Source: Candidatus Eiseniibacteriota bacterium (GTDB lineage Bacteria > Eisenbacteria > RBG-16-71-46 > CAVPCR01). From it: a stretch of DNA of 64,000 nucleotides. The translations under genes were made by a program, and so were the position numbers. The notes under the pieces were generated by a model that did no database searches, was not told the DNA's origin, and saw only the letters and a program-made list of their open reading frames with translations. Shown one piece after another: positions 8,950-20,080 of the stretch (position 1 is the stretch's first letter; every line of letters starts with the position of its first letter). Where the stretch lies: assembly GCA_963823555.1 (NCBI GenBank), contig CAWGMA010000002.1, positions 608,001 to 672,000 of the forward strand, read 5' to 3'.

Positions 8950-10941
8950 ATGCCCCGGACCACCGCTCCATCTCCGCCCCGGCGCCGTCGCCAGGCCAAG
9001 CCCCCGGATGCCGTCACCGGTCGCGTGCGCGCGCATGATCCCTTCGAGCTCATACGCTGGCTGGCCCTGAGCCAGCCTGATCCGCGAAAGGCGCTCGCCG
9101 AGCTGGTGCAGAACAGCCTCGACGCGAACGCGCATCGCATCCGTGTGACGCGGCTCCGCGAGAAGGGTTGCACCTGCCTCCGCATCTTCGATGACGGCAC
9201 GGGCGTGATCCCGGAGATGGATCGGACCGAGGCGCTCCGCTACATCGCGACTCACATCGGCCACAGCAGGAAGCGCGACCTCTCCCCGGAACAGCGCCTC
9301 CAGCTCATGACCCAGGGGCAGTATGGCATCGGTCTCCTCGGGTTCTGGAGTCTGGGGCAGACGCTCGAGATGCGGACGAGCGTTCCGGGGCAGCGCGCGC
9401 ATCGCCTCGTTCTCCACCGCGACCGCGCCGACTACCTGATCGAGCCCTTGCGCGGCCGGTTGCCACTCGATGAGCTGTGGACCGAGATCGTGATCGTGGA
9501 CCTGCACCGCGGCGCGCTTGGAGCTCTGTCAGGCCGGCGAGCCGCCGACTACCTGGCAGCGGAGCTCCGCGGGCAACTCCTCGCCCGCGCGGTCGAGCTC
9601 CTCGTCGAGGACCGCCTGTCTCGTGGCAGAGCCCAGCGGCTCGTGCCGGTCAAGCCACCGCGGTTTCTTGGCGAGCAGCTCGAGGGGATCGGCCCGGTGG
9701 ATGTACCGGGTCACCCGCCCGTGCGCTTCGAGATCTATCTGAGCGGCGAGGAAGCCGCTGCCGGTGCCGACGAACCGCGCGGACTCGCGGTCTATGCCGC
9801 GGGAACGCTCGTTGCCGAGAGCTTCCACGCGCTTGCCTCGCTCGGGCTCGACCGGCCACCGTGGAATGACACGCGACTCTCGGGCATGGTCGACTTTCCC
9901 GGCTTCCAGGTCGCGCCGGGAAGCCGGCGCGGGATCGTTATCGATGACGCCGCGGAGAACTTCTCCCGCGCTCTGCGCGTCGTCGAGCCGGTGCTCACGG
10001 AACTCCTCGCCGACATCGAGCGACGGCGCGCCGACGAGTTCGATCGCTCGCTCATCCGCGACCTGCAACGCGCCTTCCGTGATTTCTATCGCCAGCGCCC
10101 GCGCTTCGCGTTGTTGCCCGTCGATGGTGGACGCGATCGCGGCGCGGGTCCAGGTGGGAAGGAGACCACCGGGGGCGAGGGCGGTGACGGTCGCGGCGAT
10201 GATCGTGGTCCGTCGCCGGGTGCCGACTCTCAAGAGCCATCCCAGGCGTCGGGCTCCCCCGAGCGGGAAGAGGATGTGTCGATCCCGCTCTCGACCGAGA
10301 CCGCGCATCTCTTTCCGCCCGGTCCGCTCATCGCGGTGCGTATCGTCCCCGCGATCGTCCGCGTCGAGTGCGGCGGCGAGCGCCGCGTGCGCGCGATCGC
10401 CCTCGATGCCACCGAGCGCGTGATCGTGGACGCAGTCGAGTTCCGATGGTCGGTCGACGGCCCGATCGGATTCCTGGTCCATGCCGAGGGTGATATCACC
10501 GGCGCCAGCATGCGCTTCCGCGCCGCGAGCGAGGCGGCGGAGGGCGCGCTCACGGCTGTCGCGAGCGCGGGTGGGCGGGAGGCGCACGCCGAGGCCCCGG
10601 TCGAGGTGCTGTTCGAGCTCCCGGGATCCGGTCGGACCGATGAGGGCATCCCGGAGCCGGAATTCGTGCATCAGCCCGGCGCGGGATGGCGATCGCGAAT
10701 GCAGGGCGGCCAATGGCAGGTCAACTCGGGTCATCGCGAGTACCGCGCCATCGCCGAGCAGCCAGCGCTCAAGCTGCGCTACCTGGCCATGCTCTTCGCG
10801 AAGGAAGTCGTGCTCCGTAGCCACCAGGATCCCCGACTGGAGAAGCCGCTCGAACAGCTCATCGAGGTTGCGGCCTATGCCGATCGCAATCTCGCCGGGA
10901 AGCGCGGTGCGCGGCGGCGAGGCAAGATCGAGGAGGGATGA
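8950..10941 (+). CDS. GHKL-family ATPase (HATPase_c_3/MORC-like) with C-terminal Ig-like region
   Basis: ALAELVQNSLDA (N box), IFDDGTG (G1) and GQYGIGLLG (G2) motifs. Confidence 0.75.
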   Translation: MPRTTAPSPPRRRRQAKPPDAVTGRVRAHDPFELIRWLALSQPDPRKALAELVQNSLDANAHRIRVTRLREKGCTCLRIFDDGTGVIPEMDRTEALRYIATHIGHSRKRDLSPEQRLQLMTQGQYGIGLLGFWSLGQTLEMRTSVPGQRAHRLVLHRDRADYLIEPLRGRLPLDELWTEIVIVDLHRGALGALSGRRAADYLAAELRGQLLARAVELLVEDRLSRGRAQRLVPVKPPRFLGEQLEGIGPVDVPGHPPVRFEIYLSGEEAAAGADEPRGLAVYAAGTLVAESFHALASLGLDRPPWNDTRLSGMVDFPGFQVAPGSRRGIVIDDAAENFSRALRVVEPVLTELLADIERRRADEFDRSLIRDLQRAFRDFYRQRPRFALLPVDGGRDRGAGPGGKETTGGEGGDGRGDDRGPSPGADSQEPSQASGSPEREEDVSIPLSTETAHLFPPGPLIAVRIVPAIVRVECGGERRVRAIALDATERVIVDAVEFRWSVDGPIGFLVHAEGDITGASMRFRAASEAAEGALTAVASAGGREAHAEAPVEVLFELPGSGRTDEGIPEPEFVHQPGAGWRSRMQGGQWQVNSGHREYRAIAEQPALKLRYLAMLFAKEVVLRSHQDPRLEKPLEQLIEVAAYADRNLAGKRGARRRGKIEEG

Positions 10942-11636
10942 GTGCTCCGGTCTTGGGAGCCGAGCGCGCGGCCAGGGTGCTGCTACCATGGGTGGTCGTC
11001 TCGCTGCTTGGAGGTATCGCGATGCCCCAGACCAGGACGGACCCCGTTTCCCTGCCGGCGCCCGATCGCACCGGGCGCATGAGCCTCGACTCGGCGCTCG
11101 CGGCGCGCCGCTCGGTGCGCGAGTTCAAGCCGACTCCGCTCACGCTCGCCGAGGCGGGCCAGCTCCTGTGGGCCGCCCAGGGTGTGACCTCGCCCGATGG
11201 CGGGCGCACGGCGCCCTCGGCGGGCGCGCTCTATCCGCTCGAGATTCATCTCGTCGCGGGAAACGTCGAAGGTCTGGCTCCCGGCGTCTACCGCTACGAT
11301 CCGAAGCGGCACCAGCTCATCCCGGTCGCCGATGGCGACCGGCGCCGGAAGCTGGCTGACGCCGCGCTCGACCAGGACTGGATGGTGGAGGCGCCGGCCT
11401 TGATCGCCATCAACGCCATCTACTCGCGCACCTCGCGCAAGTACGGTGAGCGGGCGGAGCGCTACGTGCACATGGAGGTGGGGCACGTCGTCGAGAACAT
11501 CTACCTCGAGGCCACCGCGCTCGGGCTCGGCACCTGCATGGTCGGAGCCTTCGATGACGATGCGGTGCGGAAGGTCCTCGACGTTCCCGACAGCGAGGCG
11601 CCGCTCGGCTTGATGCCGGTCGGGCGCCCGCGCTAG
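10938..11636 (+). CDS. SagB/ThcOx-family nitroreductase
   Basis: RRSVREF, QLLWAAQG, RTAPSAGALYPLE and EVGHVVENIYL motifs. Confidence 0.9.
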   Translation: MSAPVLGAERAARVLLPWVVVSLLGGIAMPQTRTDPVSLPAPDRTGRMSLDSALAARRSVREFKPTPLTLAEAGQLLWAAQGVTSPDGGRTAPSAGALYPLEIHLVAGNVEGLAPGVYRYDPKRHQLIPVADGDRRRKLADAALDQDWMVEAPALIAINAIYSRTSRKYGERAERYVHMEVGHVVENIYLEATALGLGTCMVGAFDDDAVRKVLDVPDSEAPLGLMPVGRPR

Positions 11637-11660
11637 CTCGCCGCACTCGCTGGCCGCCCG

Positions 11661-11912
11661 CTAGCCCGGTGCCTGGTCGAGGAGTGACGCCCGCGCCAGC
11701 ACCGCCCGCGCCGTCGTGCTGAGACCGCCGGCATCCAGCGTGCGCTCCAGGACTCGGCTCGCCATCTGCCGGCTGAAGAGCTCGTCCCGCTCCGCCGGCG
11801 CCAGATCGAAGAAGGTTGCCGATGGGCGGATGCCGCCCGTCGACGGATCCCGCTCGCGGAAGGCGCTGGCTGCGATCTCGATGAGGACATCCATCTCTTC
11901 ACGCGGGTTCAT
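11661..11912 (-). CDS. Small hypothetical protein, coupled to the sigma factor gene
   Basis: ATG overlaps the upstream stop (ATGA); 83 aa. Confidence 0.6.
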   Translation of the reverse strand: MNPREEMDVLIEIAASAFRERDPSTGGIRPSATFFDLAPAERDELFSRQMASRVLERTLDAGGLSTTARAVLARASLLDQAPG

Positions 11913-12535
11913 GGCATTGCCTCCACCAACGCGACCCCGGCCCGCTCGAGGCACTCCGCCATGAGCCGGCGTGCCCTCACGATGTTCTGGAGAAAAGTGT
12001 TGGTCTTCATCTTGACGGTGGTGGCCAGGGCGCGGTCAGGAGAGCGACCGGCATCCTGGATGCGGGCGTTGAGCGCGGCACGCGGCCGCTCCGGCAACCG
12101 GTCGATGCAGCCGAGGATGAGTCGGCGCAGGTTCGGGTCGGCGGGCGGATCGGGATCCGTCTGCGCTTCGGGCAGTCGCTCGAGCGACTCGAGATCGAGG
12201 GGTGTGGTCCGGCCGAGTCGTCTCACCTCGCCGAGGGCGAGGTTGCGCGTGATCCGGATGGCATAGCGGAGCGACGCGTTCCGCCCGCTCAGGTCGAGCG
12301 TCGGAGCGAGGACCCACATGCGGAGGAGTCCCTCCTGCAGCACGGCCTCGATATCCACGTCGCGGGCGAAGGTCTCGAGGCTACGGCGCAGCGGGATCTC
12401 GGCCGAACGGAGCCAGTCGGCGAACGCTTCCGGGTCGCCGCCGCGCACGCGCGCGAAGGCGCGATCGAGATCGCTATCGACCTCGATCGCCTTCGTCTCC
12501 CGCGGTTCCGGATGGCCGTCGGGCGGAGCAGACAT
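11909..12535 (-). CDS. ECF-type RNA polymerase sigma factor
   Basis: RVRGGDPEAF, DIEAVLQEGLLRMW, YAIRITRNLA and CIDRLPERPRAAL...IVRARRLMAECL (sigma regions 2 and 4); ATG 2 bp after the vWA gene stop. Confidence 0.75.
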   Translation of the reverse strand: MSAPPDGHPEPRETKAIEVDSDLDRAFARVRGGDPEAFADWLRSAEIPLRRSLETFARDVDIEAVLQEGLLRMWVLAPTLDLSGRNASLRYAIRITRNLALGEVRRLGRTTPLDLESLERLPEAQTDPDPPADPNLRRLILGCIDRLPERPRAALNARIQDAGRSPDRALATTVKMKTNTFLQNIVRARRLMAECLERAGVALVEAMP

Positions 12536-12537
12536 CT

Positions 12538-14902
12538 CTAGCCTCCAGGCACCATCTCCACCTCGAGACGGAACGTGAGGCCGTCTCGCTCCCAATCCAC
12601 ACTCCGAGGCGCCTCTGGCCAGGGCATGTGGTCCTTCGTCCGGAACGCAAGCCGGAGCGTGAGTCCAGCGGCGTGCTTCCCGCCGCTGGTGCTGAGCTTC
12701 TGATCCACCCTGGCCTCCGCCGTTCCTCCGCCGGCGAGCCGCACATGGATGGGGGTGCGTCTCTTGGGCATCTTGAAGACCGTGGTCGGCGACTCGAACT
12801 CGATCACGAGGAGATCCCCCTCGATGCGGATGCAGCGCGCGGGAATCCTCGGCACGTCTCGCAGATGGAAGAACGACGGCCCGGCATGCATCTCGGGGCC
12901 GGCATCCATCTCGGCCCCGAATCTCCACCCTCCCTTGGCGGTCCTCAGGTAGGACGCCGTGCCGGCGGCCACTCCCGGATGGACACCCGCCCCGCGCATG
13001 GCCATGAGCCCGGCGCCCTCGGCACTCACCCCGTAAGGCAGCTCGACTGCCAGTCGCACCCGGCGCCGCGGATCGCGGGGATCGACGGTCGGGTCCTCGG
13101 CGACGGCGACGAGGCTCGTGCGGCGGCTCGCGATGCGGTGCCGGAGCCCTAGCGCCTCGATCTGCCCGAGCGATTCCTGGCACCTGCGCGCGGCCATGCT
13201 GGCCAGCCGCGGCGAGCCGCATCTCCTCGTCCTCGATCGCCTCGCGGCCGTAGAGCGCCCCGATGGGAATCTGCGTTGATCCGTCAAGATCGGCGCCATC
13301 CCCCGCGGGGACGGTCCACCGCTGCTCCCAGGTCCGGGTTTCCCCGGTCCGGTGCCCGCTGAGCACGAGCTCACCGCCACGCGGGTCGAAGGCCAACGCC
13401 ATCCGCAGCGGCTCGCCGGCGAGCACGTCCCGCGCCCGCGCGGGCGCCTGGCCGATGAGCGCCGAGCCCGAGATCTCGAGATCGGTGAGGATGGGCGCCA
13501 CGGTCGCGGCGAGGAGGCGCGAGGTTGCGCGGTCCAGATCGTACCTGCCGGCGACCAGGAGTTCGATACCGCGTCCAGCCCGTGCCGCCGCCCGCGTGAG
13601 CGAACGGTTGGGAGAGTGCCCGATCCCGACCGTGTGGAGACGCGCGCCCGCCGGGAGATCCTGGAGCACGTGGGCCACGACCTCGTTCTCGAATCCGATG
13701 TAACCGTCGGAGAGGAGCACGACCTGGCGCAGCGAATCCGAGCGCAATGGCGAGAGCGCACGGCGAATCGCGTCCGCCATCTCGGTGCCACCGCGGGCCT
13801 GCAGGGCAGCGAGCTTCTCGATCGCTCGCGCGATGTTCTCGCCGCTGGCCGCCACGGGCCCGCCCACCAGCGTGGTGGTATCCCTGGCGAAGGCCAGGAT
13901 CTCGAAGCGATCATCGGGTGTGAGGCTTTGCAGGAGCCGGCTCGCCACCGCCTTGGCTGCCGCCAGGGGCTTTCCGCTCATCGATCCGCTGGCGTCGATG
14001 AGGATCGTGAGGTCGCGCGCGAACGCCGGCGCGGAGATGGGTGGAGTGATGGTGAGGAGTCCGTAGCGACCGCCATCGCCGGATAGTCCGGGGCCCATCA
14101 CCAGTCGCGCCTCGAGCGTGCTCGATCCCGCCTGCCAGGTGATGACCACGTCGCGATCCAGACGGGCCGGTTGCTCGAGGCGGACCACGGCTCCCTTGCG
14201 TGGCGGAGCGGCGCCCGCCCCTCCGCTGCCATCGCCAGCATCGGCCACGATGATGTCATGGCTCGACGATTGCGGCGCGAGTGTCCCGCCATCGCCGTCG
14301 GCGATCGCCAGCTCGAGCGAGAGCCGCGCCGGGGTGCCGCTGGCATCCGCGCGCTCGGCGGCGAGCCGATCGGCGTCGGGGACGCGGCCCGCCGCGCCCT
14401 CGTAGCGCACCCCGACGACGGTGGGGAATCGGTACTCCCACTCCGCGCGGGAGGTTTCGAGAGCCGGATGGAAGCCCAGGGGATGGAGGACGTCGATCTC
14501 GACCCGGACCTCGGCGCCCGGCGGCAGGCTACCGAGCTGTTGCGTGAAGGTGTCGGCGCGCTCCTGGGTGAGGAGGCCGGCGATGCGACCTTCCGCCAGC
14601 GCGTGCTGATAGGTTTTCTGCGCATCCTCGCAAGTTTCGACGTGGCCGCGGATGATCTTGTCGCCGCAGTGGATCGTGTAGCCGATGACCGCGCCGTCGG
14701 CGGGGAGCGGGAGCGTGTAGAGCACCTCGAGTGGCTCGGCGTGGGGGTTCGTGTAGTGCTGCTCGAAGGTGGTCCGGGCGAGGCCGGCCGCCGCATGGGC
14801 GCGGATCGCCGCCCCCGCGAGCGGGAAGGTGCGCCCGTCCACGGCGACAAGGCCGGTGGGGGCGGGTGGGGCGGGTCTGGGTTCGAGTCCGGTCGCTGGC
14901 AT
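12538..14902 (-). CDS. VIT + vWA domain protein (frameshift near 13190)
   Basis: VIT-like QHYTNPHAEPLEVLYTLPLP; MIDAS LIDASGSMSG, GGTEM and LLSDG; continues in the other frame as LGLRHRIASRRTSLVAV to TAG at 12538. Confidence 0.85.
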
Positions 14903-15100
14903 GGCTCGCTCCTTGTGGAGGGACTGGGTCGGCCCCGCCTCGGATTCCTGAGCCCGGCCCGGGCTCGAGCACCCGGCGGCCGGCGGGGCCTCTCATCGGT
15001 TCAATGCCGCGACCGCCCCGCTGGTGACAGGGAATCTGGTGGAATCCAGGCCCCTCTCGCGGGCCCGGACCAGCGCGCTTCCGGACCCTCAAGTGTGAAT

Positions 15101-15118
15101 CTGTCAAATCTCTGTCAC
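15101..15118 (+). promoter_or_regulatory. Pho-box-like direct repeat (OmpR/PhoB-type binding site)
   Basis: CTGTCA-aatct-CTGTCAC with 11-bp period, in the divergent intergenic region upstream of the TolC gene. Confidence 0.4.
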
Positions 15119-15275
15119 AACTCGCAACCTCGCCGCATCGGCCCCGATCCCACAATATAGGTCCCGGGAGGCGTGCTATGCTGCGTCCCTCCCTGTCTCA
15201 ATCTCCCCTCACAGGCTGGCGGGCCTCCCGCTTCCCCCGGCCCTGACGAACTTCGTTGCGAGGATCTGGACGAGT

Positions 15276-16895
15276 ATGACCTTCATTCGCCGCGGTGGCC
15301 TCGGCGCCCTGCTCGCCGTTGTTGCCGTTTCCGGAGTGGCCCTGGCGCAGTCGCCTCCCCCGTCCACCTCAGGTCGCGTCCGTCCGGGCATCATCTCCAA
15401 TCCCGATAGCGCCCTCGCCATGGCCCTCGCCGAGATCGAGGGAGATGATCTGGCGCTCGATGACGCGGTGGCGAGAGGACTTGCCCAGTCCACGATCGCC
15501 CGCGAGGCGGAGGCCGATCTGAGCGCCGCCCGCGGCGCCGTGCGGCGCGAGAAGGGTGCCTTCGATCCCGAGCTCTTTGCCGGGTCGGAGTGGCGAGGGG
15601 ATGAGATTCCCGCTGCCACGCCCTTCGCCGGCGCCGAGGTGCTCGAGACCGAGGACTCGAGGATCGAGGGAGGAGCCCGCATCCAGCTCCCGTTCGGCAC
15701 CGAGGTCGAGGCCTCGCTTGAGAGCGCACGACTCAGCACGAACTCCATCTTCGCGGCGCTCAATCCGCAGTACGACGCTGCGGGCAAGCTCGCCGTGCGC
15801 CAGCCCCTGCTCAAGGGTTTCGGCCCCTCGACGCGCAGCGAGCTCTCGGCCGCCGAGCGCGAGCTCGAGGCGGCGACAGCCCGGTACGATGATGCCACCC
15901 TCGCGGTCCGAACCGACGTCGAGAAGAACTACTGGGATCTCTACGCCGCGGCGCGAGATCTTGCGGTGCAGCGGCTCATCCGCGACGGCGCTGCCGCGCT
16001 CGTCCAGCAGGCCGAGCTGCGCGCCGGGGTCGGGCTCGTCGGACCTGGTGACGTGGCCAACGCTCGAGTGTTCCTTGCCGAGCAGGAGCAGGTCGTGATC
16101 GACCGCGAGGAAGCGCTCGATGCCGTGTCCGACAACCTTGCCTCGCTCATCGGCCAGCGTCCGGTGTTGCCGTCCCTGCGTTACCGGCCGACGGCGGAAC
16201 CGCCACGCGATTTCCCGGTCGAATCCCCGGATTCGCTCGTCAGCTGGGCGGTGACCCGGAACCGGGCGCTCCAGGCCGGGGAGCGGCGGGTGGAGGCGGT
16301 CCAGGCCCTGGCCGATGGCGCCAAATGGGATGCCCTGCCCACGCTCGACGTCTTCGGATCGCTCGGCGGCGTCGGTCTCGCCGGTGATCAGAGGGATGTG
16401 ATCTTCGGTGGCGACACCCTGCGGACATCGATCTATGGCGATCGCGGTGACGCCACCAGCGACGCCCTGGCTCGCGATTTCCCCAACTGGTCCGCAGGAA
16501 TCCGTGTCGAGTTCCCGCTCGGGCTGCGCGAGGGGCGGGGCGAGCGCGATCGCTTGCGGGCCGAGGTCGCCCGGGCCCGGGAGCAGGTGCGCGCCCAGGA
16601 GTATGCTCTCGAGCAGCAGGTTCGCGTCGCGCATCGCGAGCTCGCCAACTCGACGCGGCGCCTGGAGGCGGCGACCCGCGGGGTCGAGGCATCGCGCGAG
16701 CAGGTGCGCATCGGCAATCTCGAGTATCAGGCCGGTCGCTCGACCGCCTTCGAGCTGGTGCGACTGGCGGCCGACCTGGCCTCGGCCGAGCAGCGCTATT
16801 CCCAGGCCCTCGTTCGTACCGCCAAGGCGGCGGCGGAACTCAGGCGTCTAACCGCCGGCGTGTACCCGACGGGCACGGCGACCCCATCGCCATGA
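15276..16895 (+). CDS. TolC-family outer membrane efflux protein
   Basis: Signal peptide; VRQPLLKGFG, VEKNYWDLY and LEYQAGRSTAFEL motifs. Confidence 0.88.
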   Translation: MTFIRRGGLGALLAVVAVSGVALAQSPPPSTSGRVRPGIISNPDSALAMALAEIEGDDLALDDAVARGLAQSTIAREAEADLSAARGAVRREKGAFDPELFAGSEWRGDEIPAATPFAGAEVLETEDSRIEGGARIQLPFGTEVEASLESARLSTNSIFAALNPQYDAAGKLAVRQPLLKGFGPSTRSELSAAERELEAATARYDDATLAVRTDVEKNYWDLYAAARDLAVQRLIRDGAAALVQQAELRAGVGLVGPGDVANARVFLAEQEQVVIDREEALDAVSDNLASLIGQRPVLPSLRYRPTAEPPRDFPVESPDSLVSWAVTRNRALQAGERRVEAVQALADGAKWDALPTLDVFGSLGGVGLAGDQRDVIFGGDTLRTSIYGDRGDATSDALARDFPNWSAGIRVEFPLGLREGRGERDRLRAEVARAREQVRAQEYALEQQVRVAHRELANSTRRLEAATRGVEASREQVRIGNLEYQAGRSTAFELVRLAADLASAEQRYSQALVRTAKAAAELRRLTAGVYPTGTATPSP

Positions 16896-18073
16896 CGGAA
16901 GCAATTGACATGATGAATCGGGTTCCCATGAAGGCTCCCACCCCTATCGCCACACCCCTGTTGCTCGCCCTCGGCGTGTGCCTCGCCGCCGCCGCCGGCT
17001 GCCAGCGCGGCGGTCCGGGTGGTGGTCCGGGCGGCTTCGCGCCGCCCCCGATGCCGGTCGAGGTGGCGCCTGTCGTACAGGCTCCGGTGCTCGATCGGTT
17101 CGAGGCCGTCGGCACCATCGAGGCGGGGGAGGCGATCACGGTGGTCGCCGAGATCCCCGGCCTGCTCGTGAGCTTGCCTTTCCGCGAGGGGCAGAGCGTG
17201 AGCCGGGGCGATCTGATCGCCAAGCTCGACGATGAACAGCTGGCGGCCGAGGTGGCGCGTGCCGAGGCGCTCCGCGATCAGCAGCGGATCATCTACGATC
17301 GCGTGAAGGAGATCGTCGACCAGAACGCCGGCGCGCCTCAGGATCTCGACAATGCCGCGGCGGAGCTCAAGGTGGCGGATGCCAACCTCGCGCTGGCCCG
17401 CGCCCGCTTCGCCAAGACCCGCATCACCGCACCCTGGGACGGCAGGATCGGCGCGCGGCAGGTAAGCCCGGGGGCGTTTCTCCGCCCCGGCGATCCGATC
17501 ACCGAGATGGCTGCCATCCACGAGATCAAGGTTACCTTTGCGGCGCCCGAGCGCTACATGTCGCTGCTCAAGCGCGGCGCGCGGGTGACGGTGACGACGC
17601 CGGCCTACCCCGGAGTCGAGCTCACGGGCGTGATCGATGTCGTCGATCCGGTCCTGGATCCCGTGCTCAGGAGTGCGAAGATCATCGCGCGCGTCAAGAA
17701 CTCCGGCGATCGCTTCCGGCCCGGGATGTCGGCCAATGTGTCGGCCGTGCTGAGCGAGCGTGCGAACGCGCTCACCATCCCCAACGAGGCGGTGTTCGCC
17801 GAGGGCAATCAGACCTTCGTCTTCGTGGTCAAGCCCGACTCGACGGTGACGCGGACCGCCCTCGAGCTGGGGACGCGGTTGCCGGCCGTGGTCGAGGTGG
17901 TCGAGGGGCTCGAGCCCGGAATGAAGGTGGTGCGCGCGGGGCACCAGAAGCTCTTCGAGGGGGCGCGGGTGATGCCGGTCACGAGCCAGCCTGGTGGTCC
18001 GGCCTCCGGTGCTCCCGGCGGTCCTGGCGCCTCCGAGACAGCGGGTGACTCAGCCCAGGCGGAGAAGCCATGA
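16892..18073 (+). CDS. RND efflux periplasmic adaptor (MFP)
   Basis: Lipobox [30 protein letters not shown] and FRPGMSANV motifs. Confidence 0.9.
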   Translation: MTEAIDMMNRVPMKAPTPIATPLLLALGVCLAAAAGCQRGGPGGGPGGFAPPPMPVEVAPVVQAPVLDRFEAVGTIEAGEAITVVAEIPGLLVSLPFREGQSVSRGDLIAKLDDEQLAAEVARAEALRDQQRIIYDRVKEIVDQNAGAPQDLDNAAAELKVADANLALARARFAKTRITAPWDGRIGARQVSPGAFLRPGDPITEMAAIHEIKVTFAAPERYMSLLKRGARVTVTTPAYPGVELTGVIDVVDPVLDPVLRSAKIIARVKNSGDRFRPGMSANVSAVLSERANALTIPNEAVFAEGNQTFVFVVKPDSTVTRTALELGTRLPAVVEVVEGLEPGMKVVRAGHQKLFEGARVMPVTSQPGGPASGAPGGPGASETAGDSAQAEKP

Positions 18074-20061
18074 CCATCACCGGACGGCCCATCCCCGCCG
18101 GGAGATCGACCTCGATGGGTGGATCGCCCGCGCCCGAGGCGGAACCCATGGTCCATCACGACGTCACCCGACTGTCCGATCAGGATCTGTATCTCTTCAA
18201 CGAGGGCACGCACGCCTACCTCTTCGATCACCTCGGCGCGCACTCGATGGAACGGGCGGGTGTGCGCGGCGTCTACTTCGCGGTGTGGGCTCCCAGCGCC
18301 GAACAGGTCTTCGTCTCCGGGGACTTCAACGGCTGGAGCCGCGACCGCCATCCGCTCCATCCGCGCGGGAGCTCGGGCATCTGGGAGGGGTTCATCCCCG
18401 GCCTCGAGCACGGAGCTGTCTACAAGTATCACATCGCCTCGCGGCACAACGGATATCGCGTCGACAAGGCCGATCCCTTCGGGTTCCGGCACGAGGTGCC
18501 GCCGCGCACGGCCTCGATCGTCTGGAATCTCGATTACACCTGGAACGACGCCGAGTGGATGGCGTCACGGCGCGAGCGGAACGGACTCGATCGCCCGCTC
18601 TCGATCTACGAGGTGCACCTCGGTTCGTGGGCGCGGGTGCCCGAGGAGGGCAATCGCTCGCTCACCTATCGTGAGCTCGCGCCGGCGCTCGCCGACCACG
18701 TGCTGCGCATGGGGTTCACGCACGTCGAGTTCCTGCCGATCATGGAGCACCCGTTCTACGGGTCGTGGGGCTATCAGACGACCGGGTTCTTCGCGCCCAC
18801 GAGCCGCTTCGGCACGCCGCAGGATTTCATGTTCCTCGTCGATTATCTGCACCAGCGCAACATCGGCGTCATCCTCGATTGGGTCCCCTCGCATTTCCCG
18901 ACCGACCAGCATGGTCTCGCGTACTTCGACGGCACCCATCTCTTCGAGCATGCCGATCCGCGCCAGGGCTACCACCCGGACTGGGGCAGCTCCATCTTCA
19001 ACTACGATCGCAACGAGGTGCCGAGCTTTCTCCTGTCGAGCGCATTCCTCTGGCTCGACCGCTACCACGTCGATGGTCTCCGCGTCGATGCCGTGGCCTC
19101 CATGCTCTACCTGGATTACTCGCGGCAGCAGGGGGAGTGGATCCCGAACCAGTTCGGCGGCCGCGAGAACCTGGGGGCGATCCGCTTCCTGCGCCGGCTC
19201 AACGAGGCGGCCTACGCCCGCTTCCCCGATGTGCAGATGATCGCCGAGGAGTCGACGGCGTGGCCCATGGTGTCCCGTCCGACCCATCTCGGCGGTCTCG
19301 GTTTCGGGCTCAAGTGGGACATGGGCTGGATGCACGACACCCTGTCCTACATGGGGCGCGATCCGATCTACCGGCGCCATCACCACAACAACCTCACCTT
19401 CCGCATGCTCTATGCGTTCCATGAGAACTTCATCCTGCCCCTCTCACACGACGAGGTGGTGCACGGTAAGGGCTCGCTCCTCGGCAAGATGCCGGGTGAC
19501 GACTGGCAGAAGTTCGCGAACCTGCGGCTCCTCTACGGTTACATGTACGGGCAGGCGGCGAAGAAGCTCCTGTTCATGGGCGGTGAGATCGGGCAGTGGG
19601 GCGAGTGGAACCACGACCAGAGTCTCGACTGGCATGTTCTGGCCCACGAGCCCCACGCCGGCATCGCGCGCTGGGTGGCCGATCTCAACCGCGTCTACCG
19701 CCAGGAGCCGGCCCTCTACGATCTCGACTTCCATCCCGCGGGCTTCGAGTGGATCGACTGCAACGACACCGATCAGAGCGTGCTCTCCTTCATCCGTCGC
19801 GCCAAGCACTCGAGCGAGGTCATCCTGGTGGTGCTCAACCTGACCCCGGTGCCGCGTTTCCACTACCGGGTCGGCGTCCCCGGGGGCGGGACCTGGCTCG
19901 AAATCCTCAACTCCGACGCCCGCGAGTACTGGGGCAGCGGGCTCGGCAACGCCGGGCGCGTGGATGCCGGGCCCGCGGGGGCGCATGGCCGACCGTGGTC
20001 GCTCGACCTGACGCTGCCGCCGCTCTCGGCGCTCTTCTTCAAGGGACACATCTGGAGCTAG
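18070..20061 (+). CDS. glgB: 1,4-alpha-glucan branching enzyme
   Basis: [47 protein letters not shown] and [12 protein letters not shown] (GH13). Confidence 0.97.
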   Translation: MTITGRPIPAGRSTSMGGSPAPEAEPMVHHDVTRLSDQDLYLFNEGTHAYLFDHLGAHSMERAGVRGVYFAVWAPSAEQVFVSGDFNGWSRDRHPLHPRGSSGIWEGFIPGLEHGAVYKYHIASRHNGYRVDKADPFGFRHEVPPRTASIVWNLDYTWNDAEWMASRRERNGLDRPLSIYEVHLGSWARVPEEGNRSLTYRELAPALADHVLRMGFTHVEFLPIMEHPFYGSWGYQTTGFFAPTSRFGTPQDFMFLVDYLHQRNIGVILDWVPSHFPTDQHGLAYFDGTHLFEHADPRQGYHPDWGSSIFNYDRNEVPSFLLSSAFLWLDRYHVDGLRVDAVASMLYLDYSRQQGEWIPNQFGGRENLGAIRFLRRLNEAAYARFPDVQMIAEESTAWPMVSRPTHLGGLGFGLKWDMGWMHDTLSYMGRDPIYRRHHHNNLTFRMLYAFHENFILPLSHDEVVHGKGSLLGKMPGDDWQKFANLRLLYGYMYGQAAKKLLFMGGEIGQWGEWNHDQSLDWHVLAHEPHAGIARWVADLNRVYRQEPALYDLDFHPAGFEWIDCNDTDQSVLSFIRRAKHSSEVILVVLNLTPVPRFHYRVGVPGGGTWLEILNSDAREYWGSGLGNAGRVDAGPAGAHGRPWSLDLTLPPLSALFFKGHIWS

Positions 20062-20080
20062 GCGAGGGAAAGATCACCCG

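Noticed and set aside
11909..14902. 997-aa VIT-vWA-sigma fusion protein in the ORF track
   Set aside because: Caused by a frameshift near 13190; the vWA protein continues in another frame to TAG at 12538 and the sigma gene has its own ATG
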